Source: Azolla caroliniana
Taxonomy: Eukaryota; Plantae; Polypodiophyta
Length of the DNA: 64,000 nucleotides
Direction: 5' to 3'
Assembly: GCA_043228905.1 (NCBI GenBank)
Contig: JBHGNT010000011.1
Location: 16,864,001 to 16,928,000 of the forward strand
Position numbers and translations under genes: made by a program
The notes under the pieces: model-generated
What the model was told of the DNA's origin: nothing
Databases searched by the model: none
The model's input: only the letters and a program-made list of their open reading frames with translations
In this document: positions 22,509-36,941 of the stretch, piece after piece
Layout of the letters: the number at the start of each line of letters is the position of its first letter
How positions within the stretch are numbered: the first letter of the stretch is position 1

Positions 22509-25063
22509 TTGAACTTGGAATAGAAAAAATCAATCTTTGCATACATAGCCCTAATCCTGGCAAACCTGAATCCACGGACACCGGCAATGCATTCGAGCCT
22601 TCAGGCAAATGTCTAATTCGCCTTACGATGACCACAAATGTGGCGATCGAAGAAGCAATAAAGCAAAGTGAAGAATTGCCTTGCCTTGATTTTATTAACA
22701 TTTTGTTTTGGCTATATTTTGTGACCAAATCCTTTATGAACATTTTGTTTCTGGTTGATTCGTGACCTAATCCTTGCGAACCTTGGGCAAATTAAAGCAT
22801 ATATAGTCCTTTGAGTCTTATCAACCAAAATGTCATTCAATCGATCCCAATGAGAGAGACTGAGCACGACCTAAATACAATATACTGCACTTACATTTGG
22901 CATGGATGGTGCTGAAATAAGCATTTCCCTCTAACCTAACTACAATAATTCGAAACCAAATAAACCGTAATATTTATAAACCCTAAACCAGAAACCACAG
23001 AACATGAACTACAATCCTGAGCCTAAAGGAACCCTAAAACTATAAAACCTAATTCATAGGACATAAATTATAAACTATAAACTAATACATCCTACGGTCT
23101 AAAACCTTAAACCCAAACCTAAACCTGGAAACAACAAGAAATCAAACACACAATCGTATGAATATAAAAGCAACAAGATGGACCATCTCTTATCTATTGC
23201 ACCATTGTGCTTTGAGGAGTCAAAAAGCTTTGATGCTTCAGAATAAGGGTGTGTTCTTGGAGAGGGTATCCAATCCTTCTCTCACATGTAATCTTGGGCC
23301 ATCGTCTCCTAGTTCTACTTTTGCCCAACTCTCTCTAAATTTATCCATTTTGGTGAGAAGCTCATATGCCTCTTGTGCACCCTGACTTGGGGCCTAAAGA
23401 AAGTTGCGCGGACATGCCGAATGTAGGGCAAGGCAAGGCAAAGTTTGTAAATGCCGATGACCCCTTGCATTCTTTCAATGGGTGCAAGAATTGCTCATGA
23501 TCAACCTACAAGAAAACGAGGAAAACATGTGTACATGCACAAGAAGCATGCGAAAACTCCGCACCGAGATGTGATTGATGTCTAATCAAGCATACGATAG
23601 CTCAAAGGCAAAGGCGCACGTGCAACAAACACAAGATAGATGCTAAAATGTCTCAAGAATATTCGGTCTCCACTTTCTAGACCAACAATTAGGATCACTC
23701 TACCCAAAAGGATGAGATCATGCCAAGCGTCGCACGTGTACATAAGTTCTGTCGTATTCCGAAACCTAAATGGAAATTGCTATGAATATGAATATGAAGC
23801 AATGGGATGTCTACTTCTTGCAACGACCTTTTGCTTCAATGTGACGACAATCTTTGTATCCATATGGTGTCACACCATTTGAGTATAACCCTTGATGGTC
23901 ATCATAGGAGAGCACCTCTAAAAGTTCCAATGATGACATAAAAACTGAAAACACTTTTGGATCTTGAATTTCATTGTGCTTCATATACCATTGTATATGC
24001 TACATCTACAAACATAGTATTACTCAAACGCTATGTTCCTCTCTCATAGCAAGCATAACCCACTATAAGTATTCCTTTTATCCCATCCACAAATCTCTTT
24101 TGTGACTATATTTGTCCAATGGTAGCATGTAGGCTATGCATCATTGAGATGATCTAGAGCAAATGATGAAGGATCACATGAGAATTAGAGAAACTGTGCA
24201 AGGTAATGTGTCATTCTCGTCCCATAGGAAGTTGATAGTTGGCCAATGTCCCTCAATTTTACATTTGACAATGCCAATGTTTGTCCCAAATTCTCTTTTG
24301 ATATGTTAATACCTAAATCAAGGAAATTGAAACAATAACCAAATTGGGGGTAGGTTATCTATATGCATACCATTGTCTTGATCTTCAACCACCCCCCTTG
24401 GTGGACTGTTGTCCTAGCTAATGGAGTTGTGAGTCTAGTGTACGGGGTGCTCGACCTCGGAACTGCTGCCGTTGGTTGCATTGTAGTAATTTGAGTACAA
24501 CATTGTCTATGTCCGGCTTATCTCTATGCATTCATTTATTTTGTAGTTTGTTGGTTATATTTGGCATTATGTAACACGTAGTTTTATACTTCAGCATGCA
24601 AATTCACATATTCTTGCTTACCAGTTCTCCACTTTGAACATTGATAATCTTAACCATTTGATTTTGGGTAAACAAAACATTGCCAAGGATACTCCTATTC
24701 TTACAAAAGGAAACATTGTTATCGACGCACGTGGAACAAGAGACAAAACCAAATCTTGGCAAGGAAAGAAAGTTGGGCTTTGTAGTATCTATTATATTAT
24801 GGTCAAAACGAATTGTCAATTTATGAGGCATTTGAGAAGAAGAAAGGTGAAAGAAAGCCCTTGAAAGAAGTAAGAGCATTGCTACCAGGCCTACCTTCTA
24901 CGCGTTCAAATATATACACTTGGTCAATGCCAAGTGGCAACTAGCAAGGATGAACCTTATGTGTTTGTCATGTTAAAAGTTTGAAACATAATTTCTGTGT
25001 TAATTGGTATATGTTGGACTCTCCATTTGTAACACCTTTTCTAGTGATACCAACCTTGGTACA

Positions 25064-25113
25064 AGGGGGGGGGGGGGGGGGGGGAGGGAGAGAGAGAGAG
25101 AGAGAGAGAGAGA
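25064..25113. repeat. poly-G plus (GA)n microsatellite
   Basis: Directly visible. Confidence 0.85.
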
Positions 25114-25861
25114 AAGCTTGTAAGTACTAGGATAATGGCTTCGTGTCCTAAGACGTAAGCAACAATGTTACGTACTTAGGGTTGACTTGTCTTGAGCAGG
25201 GTTTAGCTTGATTAATTAATGTAGTAGTTGTGTTCAATATGTGTGCATCATGCATGGTTTTGCTTTAGCTTGATTAAAGTAGCATGCTTGAGTTAAGTCA
25301 TGGGTAAGTTCCTTAGCTTTGTATTCATTGTTATGATGTCAAATCAACTATGTTGCCTATCGATGTGGTTGAGATTTAACCCTTAAGTAAACTCAATGAC
25401 TCATAGAGTCATAGCTAAAATCATTGTAACTATTTTAGTAGTTAGTGCCTTTGGATAAGTCAATTCCATAAGTGCTCAATGAATGAGATTTTGTACTAGC
25501 TCATTTAATGTAGAAGCTTTTTATCATTACATTTGTACTACATATGGTTGTAGGTTGTAGGTTGTAACTTGTATATAAACTCCTCATGGTCCATGGAGAT
25601 CTTTTGTGGATGAAGGAAGAAGGGGAGGAGTATGTTGCATGGTGAAGGAAGAAGGCCCACGAGTTGTAAACTATATTGGTTAACTCTCCCAACAACCTTG
25701 CTCTCGACTATTAATCATCCCCCATTTTTTTATGTTTATTGTTAAGTTATCTCTCTCTTAATCGATATTCTCCTCTTTGTCTCTCTATGGGTGTCTCTCT
25801 CTCACATACATCTCATTATTGTTACCAATTGTCTCATGGGCCAAATTTGGTCCTAGAAGAT

Positions 25862-25906
<45 letters not shown>

Positions 25907-28622
25907 GCATGCACACACATTAACACATATTGTTTCTACTCATTAACCTCATATGTGATTAAGAATCACTCAAATAATTATTACATAATTACACATGTAA
26001 GTATCTACATTAAGTAAGTTAGAGATTTAGAGAGGGTAGGAAATAGGGAATTCATCAAGTAAAATCTTTACTTGATTGCGATGTGCTCAAAGACATTTCA
26101 CACCTATCTTTACTCCTCTCACCAACATTAAAGTATCGAAACCCTTAGCAATGAACCAACGACAAGGTAATTGTTAGAATAATTCAGTAAGACCACACTT
26201 AACATAATACAACCACAATTCACATTGTTTCATTGGATGTGAGATAAACTACATAAACATTGTTATGCGGTCTCCTTCATTTTAACGATAAGGCTCAATG
26301 AACTTCTCACGATGTCATTGATGGGGGAAAATTAACATTATTGTGATCCAAGAACTTCACCAAACAATTCAATGTCAACTTAGATGTAGAAGGGGCAAGG
26401 ACATAGTCAATGCAAGTCCATGGCTCGTGCTTATTAGGAATCATTCACTCATGAATATCAATAATTGTAATGATGTGTACCCATCACAATGAATTTCAAA
26501 GGATTACCAAGGCTTATTGGTTTAGGTGTAAAAGCATTTTGCCACATATGTGGTGGGAAGATGCTCAATCTTTTGAACTTTCAAGACTTAGACATTATAG
26601 TTCCTCAACTAAGTTGACCCCATCAAGATGATCTACTTAAATACTTACCATGTTGAGGTCTCGATAGGATTGGTGGAATGAGCACAAATAAAATCCTTTT
26701 AAGAAGACTACTTGGAAGGAAAGTCGCAATTGTATCATAGGGGATATTGAGTGATTCACCTCTTTAGTGTGTTTTCGATCAAAGACCTTACTATTGCAGG
26801 CTGTCTAGATGGTCCAAAGTGCCCAAAATCTTGTCCAAAGGAGAAAATAGGCATTGCTGGATAGGGCACACAAAATCTGCCAAATAGTGAAAAGTGCTTC
26901 CCAAACCTTCGGCCAGGAAATTTGTGTGAGAGAGATGCAGTTAGTCTTCATATGAATGTTGTAGTGAATGAGCAAGTCCATAATAAGTGTGGGACTGTTT
27001 TCGTTCGTCAACTACATTGTGCACAATGCGGCGAGGCTATTGATCACTTTTGATCGAAACCACAAAGTTCTTGACTTACTCTTAGATATGTAAGGATCGT
27101 TTCTTCAAGGGGGAATAACATAAAGCAAAGATAGTCCCAACCTTATATTCATATGTTGTATAAAATCTTCGGGGTTAACATATCTAGCCCCCATAAATGA
27201 GAACTAGGAATAAGTTAGGGCATGGGGGGAAATCACCATATGTGATGATTGGGAGAAGAGTTAGATCATGTGTGTGTTCTTTTCAATGTTTGCATTAAAA
27301 TTTGTAAAGCTGATTTTATTGCAGAAATCTTTCAAAGTGTTAGTTTGCATCATACCAAACTTAAATATGAAGCCTATTGCTAAAGACTTGCGCCCACTCA
27401 CTAAAGGCATCAAAGTGCATGCTTGACAATCACACCCTCGTGTTATGTATTTTAGGGAAAATGTAAAAAAATGTTACTAATATTGAAGAAAGTATCCATT
27501 CATGCCACTGATAACATTCATGATATTCAATATTATCCATGCTAAAGAAAGCAAAGTAGTTACTCATAATCCATTCTATGTCTCTCATAATGTTCATTTT
27601 CAACTCACATGCTAAAAAGGTGTGATTTCAATTGTATGGGAGCACTTTTCTTACAGTATTCTATGCCCCAAATTTGAAGGTTTAAAAATACATTTGGTGT
27701 GAGCTTTGATACATGATTCCAAAAGTATACTTACTTTTTCACCACCATTTTATGCTTTTTCCTAACCATTATTTTTTAACCCAACGAAATAGCATCTTAT
27801 GACCAATAATTGATCTCACATCAATAATGATTAGTATTAGTGAGTTTGCACCAATGGTATCAAGGTGATCTCTTAGGATATGACATACATACAAGCAATT
27901 GTACTCTACAAATGAAGCAATAATGAATCATCCCCTTTACTATGCATACGGAATCAATAATGAAGTGGGTTTATATGCATAAGGAATCACATTTTGTATG
28001 GTGGGCTAAACTTTTTTAAGTTTCCACTTCTTAATAAACTAAAGATATGGACGGCATGGGTGGGGGGTGCTTTTTGCATGGTCTTATGTGTTGTGCATGA
28101 TCACTAGAATAGGTATTGCTACACACACATATCGCAGAAAATTGTTTTTCCTAGAGCGTTTTGTAGTGAATCATGGATAAGATCTTTTAGCAAAGTGGGG
28201 CAATATTCAACATTTATAATTATGACAAGGAAAGGTGTTTTGAAGGATATTCAATGCAAAAGAGGGTATGGTATGGAATGTTCATTGTGTGTGTGTGTGT
28301 GTGTGTGTATGTATTTATATATGTATACAGTATGTATGTATGTATGGATGGATGGATGTGTGTGCGCGCGTGCGCGCGTTGAGTAAAATATATAATTTTT
28401 AATATAACACTCACAGACAATGACTAGATAATGCTCATGGCTTGTGACTTCTTGTTGGTGCCCAATATAAATGTTTACATTTACACCATTAATACTTCTT
28501 ACAAAACTAAATAATAACTCAAACTATGCATTTGTTGCCATTCATATTAGCAATAAAACGGTTAATGAAGATTCAAGGAATGTGTTGTGCAAATTATTGA
28601 GGCCTAAGCTATTTCTATAATT

Positions 28623-28981
28623 TTGTATTTTTTTGTATTTTTATAAAAGACATCCACTCATTAGTGTAAGCAAATTATATAGTTTTGATGCTTAAGTGAT
28701 CAGCAGAGGGAACGACCATCTTGGTGGCTGAAAGTGCCAAAAAGGATTGCCATTCTTCGAGGACATACGTGGAGTAGGTTTCCACAGAGTAAGAAACTGA
28801 TGATGTTGAGAAGCTTTATCTTCAGAATCTCCAATAATACAATCCCATTATCCTTTAAAAGTATGAACCATGTCCAACAAAGTATTACTTGCCAATTCAA
28901 CTAGTTAGGCTCTAACTTGATGAAAAACTAGAGAGGAACAAACCTTCCACATGTAGCATGGACACTAATGGAAGTACTCCA
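28623..28981 (-). mobile_element. 5'-truncated LINE (ORF2 C-terminus, 3' UTR, A-rich tail)
   Basis: The minus strand encodes WKPTPRMSSKNGNPFWHFQPPRWSFP, matching WRGSPMLQMVDGNAKWIYQPPRWLFP of the LINE at 50.6 kb. ACTAATG tail motif. Candidate TSD TTCTATA(A/G)TT at 28613 and 28982. Confidence 0.75.
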
Positions 28982-29516
28982 TTCTATAGTTCTCTTTCCT
29001 AATGAGATATATCATATAGACCTATTTGTGATTTCATTTACAAATGTTACTTTTTCACTTTGTCTTGAAGATGTTATATCAAGCACTAAATGTTCCATGA
29101 AAGTTCTCATCTAAAAAGAAATAGGACATTTGTTCCTCCACTCTATCGAGTGTCACCTCGATTATCTACCATCTCATTTACACCTAATTCTAACAAGGGA
29201 TTCCATCCACTAGCACTACAAGACACTTCCCATGGCCTAGGTTATATAGGTTCTACATCATTAGAACTCTTGTTAGATCTATACCTTTCCCATCACACAA
29301 TGCTTTGCACTTGCTAATCATTGCCCTTAAGTGCTCGATTCACAAGTTTGATTGTTGACATGGACTATGTGATTCCATCAATGTGATCATTCTATACATA
29401 TGCAATGGACATTGACATGGTAAACTAACAATCAATGTTATGTCTATGTTTGAAGGCTTGTTGGCTTTATCAACATGTTGTATTTTACATCTCTTCTCAA
29501 GGATACTCATGAGTCA

Positions 29517-30027
29517 CTCTAGGCTCCACTTTGTCGTTAAGGGGCAGAGTAGTGGCACCTGGCAGCCGATCCATGTGGTGGCACAGGATGACAATAGTTG
29601 GAAGATGCACCTTGACAATGTTAAGGTGGAACCCCACTCGAACTTGTGGGTCTATGGTAATTGCCCCCTTGCAGAACTAGAATGGGACCCAGGGGATTTC
29701 AAGTGGAAACACAACAATAGGTTGCACCACTTCTTCAATTACAACACTAAATTAGGCCAAGCTATACAATTACAGTTGGAAGGTCCCCTACACAATGGTT
29801 GGAAGACATTGGCATCCCTAACGAGGTGCTTTGTACATTCTAGAAGGGTCTCTAACGTCTCCACATGTCTGAGAAGATCAATCTATTTTGGTTTTCTCAT
29901 ATTCTGAAATTGGCCATGGGGTGATTCCCCGATATATATATAAGCCACCTTGTATAGCATTTCTATAAAAATCTCTCCTAACTAATGGGAAAGTATCTCC
30001 TTTTTTGGAAAAGAAAAGAAAAGAAAA
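29517..30027 (+). mobile_element. 5'-truncated, internally deleted LINE fragment
   Basis: WQPIHVVAQD...LEWDPGDFKW...FFNYNTKLG is homologous to WSPIRIVAQD...LEWDPAEYVW...FFDFSTRLG. A-rich tail. 18-bp TSD AAGGATACTC(A/G)TGAGTCA at 29499 and 30028. Confidence 0.85.
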
Positions 30028-31670
30028 AAGGATACTCGTGAGTCATGACTACCATTTTAGGATGCAAACACAATACCTTGGGTTCGTGGGTCATCAAACC
30101 TAACTAATTAGGCTACAAGTTATGTCATTGGGGGCTGGGGCCACTCTGATTGATTCTTAGGGCAACATTTTGAAGGTTTATTTCACTTTTCTTGAAGTAC
30201 GATAATAAAACACATAATGATTATTGATGGTTCATTCATACTGTACCTTTTTCCACATAGTGCAATATCGATGGCATTATACATTACAAACTTGCAACTA
30301 ACAACAAGTAAAAAAGTGAACCCACAACTTCTAAAATTTCCATAACTAATGGAATAGCAGAAATTAGCTTTTCATGCCTTATAGTGGAAATATATCTCTT
30401 AATGGGGGACGACATTTGGTGCATGAACCTGGGCAGGAATTCAATGTTTTATCTTGATATTCAAAGATGATATTGTTTCAACTTTCAAGATATCAAACCC
30501 ACGCATTCTCATAAACGTTAACCTTTTATGTTAACAAATCCAATAAAATTAGCAATAAAATGAGGAAAATATTGTCAACAATATGACCAAAATGTTTAAA
30601 AATGCATTATTTTAGGCAATTCATGTTGAGACTCGAAAGATCTACGATTGTGTATCTTAGTTTTTGTAAACATTGGTAAGAATCACAAAGGTTTCTAAAA
30701 TGATTGCAATAAAAAAATGAACATTATGTGAATCTATTTGATTGTGTAACATGCTCTATTCTAAATTTTTTAAACTCTAAAGATTTATCATCAAGGAACA
30801 TACATACTTTAATGGTTTCGCTTGGAATCCAATATGATTATTTATGATACAATAATGCATGTATATAAGACATCAATAACACACATTAAATATGATATAT
30901 GGAGATATGATACTAACTTGTAATTCAACTATCATAAAGCAATTGGTAACATATGTAAGCTAAATAATGTGGCACATACAATGCCTTTAAAGGATGTCAC
31001 TAACATTGTTTAAGGAATAACTAGATTTACTCGCATCATTGTTGTTTTGTCATGGTTTCCTAGTAGAAGGGAAATGATCAATGTTTCTTAACAATGAACT
31101 CGCCGTAACTCTATAATCTACTTAAAACTAGGAAATCATTAGAACAATTCTTAGATGCATGTTCGCATGCACTTTCCATGTACATATGCATTGCATAAAT
31201 AGTACATGATGCATACAAGTCTGTGTGTAGATATAGAGAGATGTAAATCCATATTGTATTCACAAGTGCATGCATGTATATCGAAATATAAATATATAAA
31301 ATCACAATGATATGTGTGTGTGTGTGTTTGCGTGTGCGCCGAACAATATTTGAAGTTACAAAAGAAACTTTCTTGCAATGCTTCTTATTCTTTTATAATC
31401 TATCATTCTCGTAGTTGGTGACTTCATGATATTATTACCCATCATTTTCATGCACACCATTTGCTTCCAATAAGTACCAATATATATCACAACTATTGTA
31501 TTGATAATAAGAATCAAGATGTTTCCCAACTATTTTATTGACAATCTAGCACTCTGTATGAAAGCTTAGAGTTTTGTTTATGCCATTGAAAACACAGCCC
31601 TGACATTTGTCGAATCTTGTACATTAGCTATTAATTTTGATCTCATTAGCATTCAAGTTGTCTCCTAATC

Positions 31671-34600
31671 ATGAAGCTAGTTGCTTTCACATTGGGGATT
31701 GTTGGTGAGTTTTTATCAATACTTATGAACGATTGCATGTGCTATACATCATTTCAAGAGTAATCATTCAACTCTAATTGTGCTTTTCTTTTCTTATGAC
31801 AACGCAGGGAACATTCTTTCAATACTAGTTTTAGCTTCTCCAATGTAAGAATACTAGCTCATTTTTTAAATATTGCACTAATCATTACCATGTACCATGG
31901 GTATATGAATCTAAGTCTCTATCTTTATAACTTTAGCTAATTAAGATGACACTCTCATTTCATGCCTAGCAAACATTTCTAACAATTGATCGATCTAAGC
32001 AATCATGGGATATGTGCCACATTAATATTTATATATACATATCATCTATTATCATTAACCCTTGTTAATGTGTGACATGATTTGATCAATTATGCAAAAA
32101 TTAGGAAGGCTAATGTTGTGATGTGATGTGTTTATTGAAGGCCTACATTTTGGAGTATAATTAAGAAGGGTTCAACGGAGTCATTTTCTTCATTCCCTTA
32201 TGTGTGTACATTATTAAGCAACATGTTGTGGCTATATTACGGCATCCTTGATAGTAGTGGAATTCTCCTCATCACCATTGGTACAAGTGGATGTGCTTTT
32301 CAGACATTCTACCTCTCTGTCTACTTAACCTATGCAGCCAACTCTAAGGACAGGGTAAATCCCCTTTTCTTGATAAAAATTGAAAAAATAATAATGAGCA
32401 ACTATTAAGCATTTATATATATATATATTACTAGTTAAAGCCTCGCTTCAAAGTATTACATAGTTGTTTTTTCTAGTTGCAAGGAGTTGTGAAACACACC
32501 ATGAGTAACGTATGCTAGGGATATTGCATTGAATTCAAACATGTTATTAGACCATCCTACTTTCATGTTGCATTTTGTATACACGTGCACTTGCGCGCGC
32601 ACCCACACATAGAGAGAGAGAGATTATAAATCCCCAATTCTATGTTTTGATTGAGGATACTCCTCCTGAACGTACAAGCTTGGCCAAAGGTGCCCAAATG
32701 TTTTTGGGTTATAGACATTGTTGGGAGAAAATGGAAGATTTAGAGAGAGTGTGTTGAATTGTGAGAGCATGCTTCAAATCAATTCCTTCCTTGCACAACA
32801 AACAAACATTGATGCCATGATCCTCAACATCTTTGTTACACCATGTCTGCCAACAAGTCTTTGGTGGTGTTCTTGTTTGGTCATGTTTATTGATTAGACT
32901 TTTGTGTATTGGATCAACTCATTTTGCTTATTCCATCAATTCCTTCCTTCCACAACAAACAAACATTGATGCCATGTGCCTCAACATCTTTGTTAGTCCC
33001 CCTGTTTGCCAACAAGTCTTTGATGGTGTTCTTGTTTTGTCGAGTTTATTGATTCGACTTTTTGTTTTTCTGTTGTTTAATTTGACACTCTAGTTTACCT
33101 AGAGTACGACGTTGTTGTATTTCTACTTTTGCAAATAGTGGGCAGATTTTTGGACTTGGTCCTATATGATTTTACCCTCATAGAGGGTTTTCCATGTTAA
33201 AATTTTTGGTGTATTGTGCATCTTTGTTTTAGTTGAGTTTGTGTAGGCTTTACTTTGGAACGAAGGAATGTCGCTCTTAGCACGTTTCAATTTAGTGTTT
33301 GCGTTTTTTCTAGTAAGGATATCCATCTTCCCATGTGTTATGTTTTGAAATTTATGCATATCTCAAATAAGCAAAGTGTCCCCTTGGTTGTTGGTGGCAC
33401 TAATTTCGTCAATTAGTAGGCCTAGATAGATAGATATTTTTTTAGAGTCCATAGAGAGGTCAATATTGACCCATGGGACCTAAGTACAAAACTTCTCTTG
33501 ATGCATGTCTCCTTCCTAGGAAGGGATAGTCATACTTTGAGGCACCAAGTCTCGATTGTCAATAAGGCATACACAGATGAGCTCAACCTTGTAGGTGTTC
33601 TCTTTAGTGTGACATCAACCCCTCTTAATATATCATCATAGTTTTCACGAATTGCACTATATGTAGAGCATGTAAAAAGCAAGTGATACTCATCCTCTAC
33701 TTGGACTTCCTTGCATACCCTTACATGCCTTTGTATTTGGCTAATTTCTAGGGATGTGATTGAGAACCGAGGCGTGTTAGGGCTCTATGAGAGTTAATAC
33801 TTATGTTAGGGAATGAAGTAAGGTTGAATACGATGAATAGGCCTTCTTGCCTTATGTAGAACCCAACATTCGAGATTGATGTTTGCAAATTGCAATGTAA
33901 GATTCTAATTTTTTCTTTTTAGCATCTTTCCACTTCTTCCTTAGTGGTTCCATTAATCTGTCCTCAATAACTACATATGTCATAGGATAACTTGAAAGCT
34001 CGTGGAGTCTTCCACAACCCATCTTTTGAACCATTTTTTTATGTCAACTATCGAACTGGATGAAAGAGTTTTGCTCTTGTGGTTCTTTTGTAGTTTACAT
34101 TCAACATTGCAAGCAAGGTGTGGTAATCTATGATTTGGCATATTCTTGACTTTTGTAATGTATCTATATACTCTCTATAGCGCCAATATCACTATAGGTC
34201 AAACACCTATTTCCTAGAGCATAACTTGATAGGAGGTGGTGGATTTACCTTGATAGAGAGAGGGGGGGAGAAGGACCTTTTCTACATATAACATGAACTC
34301 TTGCTTTATAAAAAAGGTTAGATAAAGAGAGATTCAATATTTCTATATAATAATTCTAGTGTATTTACTATAAACTCACGATTATAAGACACATTCTTTG
34401 AGTGGATATATAGTAATGTCTTATTACCACTAACACTGACCTATTATTAGTCAAACCTAGCCTAGATGTTCCTAATGACAATTTTAGATAATTTAATTTT
34501 CATATAAAAATGGTGTTCTTGAAGGATTCTCTTAATGTTTCTTACATTGTTTTTAGGTAATTTTGCTCAAGTACCTTTTAGTGATTCTCTTGATATACCT

Positions 34601-36591
34601 ACCAACTGTGGTGCTAACAATGTGGTTTGCTCATGACGACAAACGTATTCGAATTGTAGGAATATTGTGTGCCCTTAACTCAGTGTGTATGTATGCTTCC
34701 CCGTTAACTGTTGTGGTAAGGTGTCACTTTTTACATATTGATTTAAACGTTTAATTAATTTTTATAATTCTTTTAAAGTTGTCCATTGCTTGGATTTGCT
34801 GATAATCAAATGTAGAGAATGGTGATTATGTCAAAGAGTGTAGAGTACATGCCATTCCTCTTATCTTTATCCATGTTTCTTTGCGGAGGGGTTTGGCTTG
34901 GTTATGGCATTCTCATGAAAGATGTGTATATAGAGGTACGTAGATATTTACATTTACGCATACACCAATAAAAATAAATGTAGATCAATCCATGTAGAAC
35001 CATATTTTCAATGCATTGTGCAAAGCTTCAATTAATTTCTCGAAGACAATATGAATGCATCAAGTTGCCTTAAGAAATATAAGGTTATGCATGGACTGAT
35101 GCAAATATTTATGTGCCACAAACATTGTGAATATTATCGTATACATTTATAGTATGTGTGTAGGTGTTATGCGATAAAACATGAGAATAACATTGCTAAT
35201 AAGATGATATTTATAGTGATATGAACTTTTTCTATATATGAAGTGAGCATTAACACAATGTATATGTGCCCATGTGTCAAATGGTGGTTATAGTAAAATA
35301 TGCAAATGTGTAGCAAAATGTATTAATTTTCTACTTTTAGTGATGGCATACATGTGATAAATATTGAGTGCGCACTATGTATTTGTTATCCATATCATTA
35401 ACGAAAATGTCAAAAGCTCAATTTAATCCCTATTGAAAAAGTAACGAGACTATTGTAGTTTTGGTTGTAATCATCTTCTTTCTTTGATTCCTCAAAGCCA
35501 AATTTGCTACTTGACAATCAATTGGAGTTAAACTATTAATCTAGATATGCATCTATATTAGAGTCCTTGGAATCTAATATGATGCGCGATTGTGTCTTCT
35601 TCTTTTGGACCAACCCCCGCTCCATTCTAGTGACCATATGAACTGAATGCTTCAATGTAATTTGTTCTCTAGGAAAATGGTTTGATAGAGAACATTGACT
35701 AGACAGAGCACGTGAGTTCAAGGTTATGTGAAGAGAGTTGAATTTTTTTAGTGAAATAAGCAAGGAAGTCGTGATTCTTAAGATAGAGTTGGCCCTTGCT
35801 AGTTAGAATCCTAATTGTTTAGAGTACTTACCTCACTCCTATGATGTCCAAACATTGATAGCCCCCATGAAGTGCTAAACAAACTCCTAAAGTGTTTGAA
35901 AGAGTGTAGATAGACATGCACAATACCAAATGCTCTTAGGTTTCATATGGCTTGTGATTTGCTTGTGCATATAAAAAGAGAGCTCCCCTAGGTTCCATGT
36001 GGTTCTTACCATGCAGGTTTGGTTAACATCCCATCTAAAATCGAAGAATAATGAGAGGTGTGATTTTCAAGAGAAATAAAGGAGAGTACATATTGTTATT
36101 TCAAGTAGAGAGAGTTGGAAATCTCAATTAACGGATTAACGTAGATGGATTATCATGAAACTAAAATAATTACATACCTTTCTTAATAGCACTAAAATTC
36201 TAAGTGTCAATATTATGATGTCAAGAATTGATTAGGAACACTTTGTATGAGTTTTTTTTGGTATAAATAATCAAACCAACACTATATGTTTTCAAACTAT
36301 AGTAGCATGACAAAATGTGCATGTAAAGGTTGCCCTATGGTTTGTTATACTACTTGGTTGTTTTATTTAATTATCCAGGTATCCAATGGGAGTGGCTTTT
36401 GCCTTGGATTTTTACAATTGCTATTGTATGCACTATATTACAAGTCAAATGTAAAAGAAGGGTTACCTAATCGAAATCCTTGTTTGAACTCCCATGAAAG
36501 AGAAACTAATTTTCCAGAAAATCATTCAATAACGATAAGGAAAAACGACACAGAAGTTGGCCTTGTGAAGGTTGTTGCAGGCACTGGTTAG
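31671..36591 (+). CDS. SWEET: SWEET (MtN3/saliva) bidirectional sugar transporter, 6 exons, ~258 aa
   Basis: Exons 31671-31704, 31808-31844, 32141-32354, 34557-34715, 34816-34935 and 36379-36591, all GT-AG, in frame, in the typical SWEET layout. Motifs GIVGNI..ASPMPTFW..IKKGSTE.FS..PY, LWLYYG, MYASPL, KSVEYMPF.LS, W.GYG..KD, NG.G. Confidence 0.95.
32717..33260 (+). mobile_element. Possible decayed copia LTR remnant with a ~158-bp tandem duplication, in SWEET intron 3
   Basis: TGTTGGGAG start. GGGTTTTCCATGTTAAA resembles the U5 motif GGGTTTTCCACGTTAA of copia A-C. CAATTCCTTCCTT.CACAACAAACAAACATTGATGCCATG is duplicated. Confidence 0.4.
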
Positions 36592-36808
36592 GTAATTTTA
36601 TTGCAGAGAATGTTTTTGGGGGAAACATTTATGTTCATATGATCACAATAATAATGTGGATTGGAGAACCTTTCCCTTCGTTTTGTCTTTGCAAACTCAA
36701 CTTTTGTTTCCTTGTTACTCATGCAACCTTAATGAAGAATACACATATCAATGTTACCCCATAACTCAACTACATGAATAAAACATAATGTGTGTGGTGC
36801 GCGCGCGC

Positions 36809-36843
<35 letters not shown>

Positions 36844-36941
36844 GGACGGAGGGATCTATCAAACTTATTCGATACCAAATTTCCCAATCATTCTAAAATA
36901 AGCTTATAAACCAAGGCATTCACTATGTAAAAACTTTCAAA

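Noticed and set aside
23150-28200. Short ORFs and possible TE remnants in the GH3-SWEET intergenic region
   Set aside because: I could not establish protein motifs, splice-consistent structure or element boundaries.
36789-36840. Alternating purine-pyrimidine tract (TG/CG/TA) as a functional Z-DNA element
   Set aside because: It is indistinguishable from the ordinary compound microsatellites that are common in this window.
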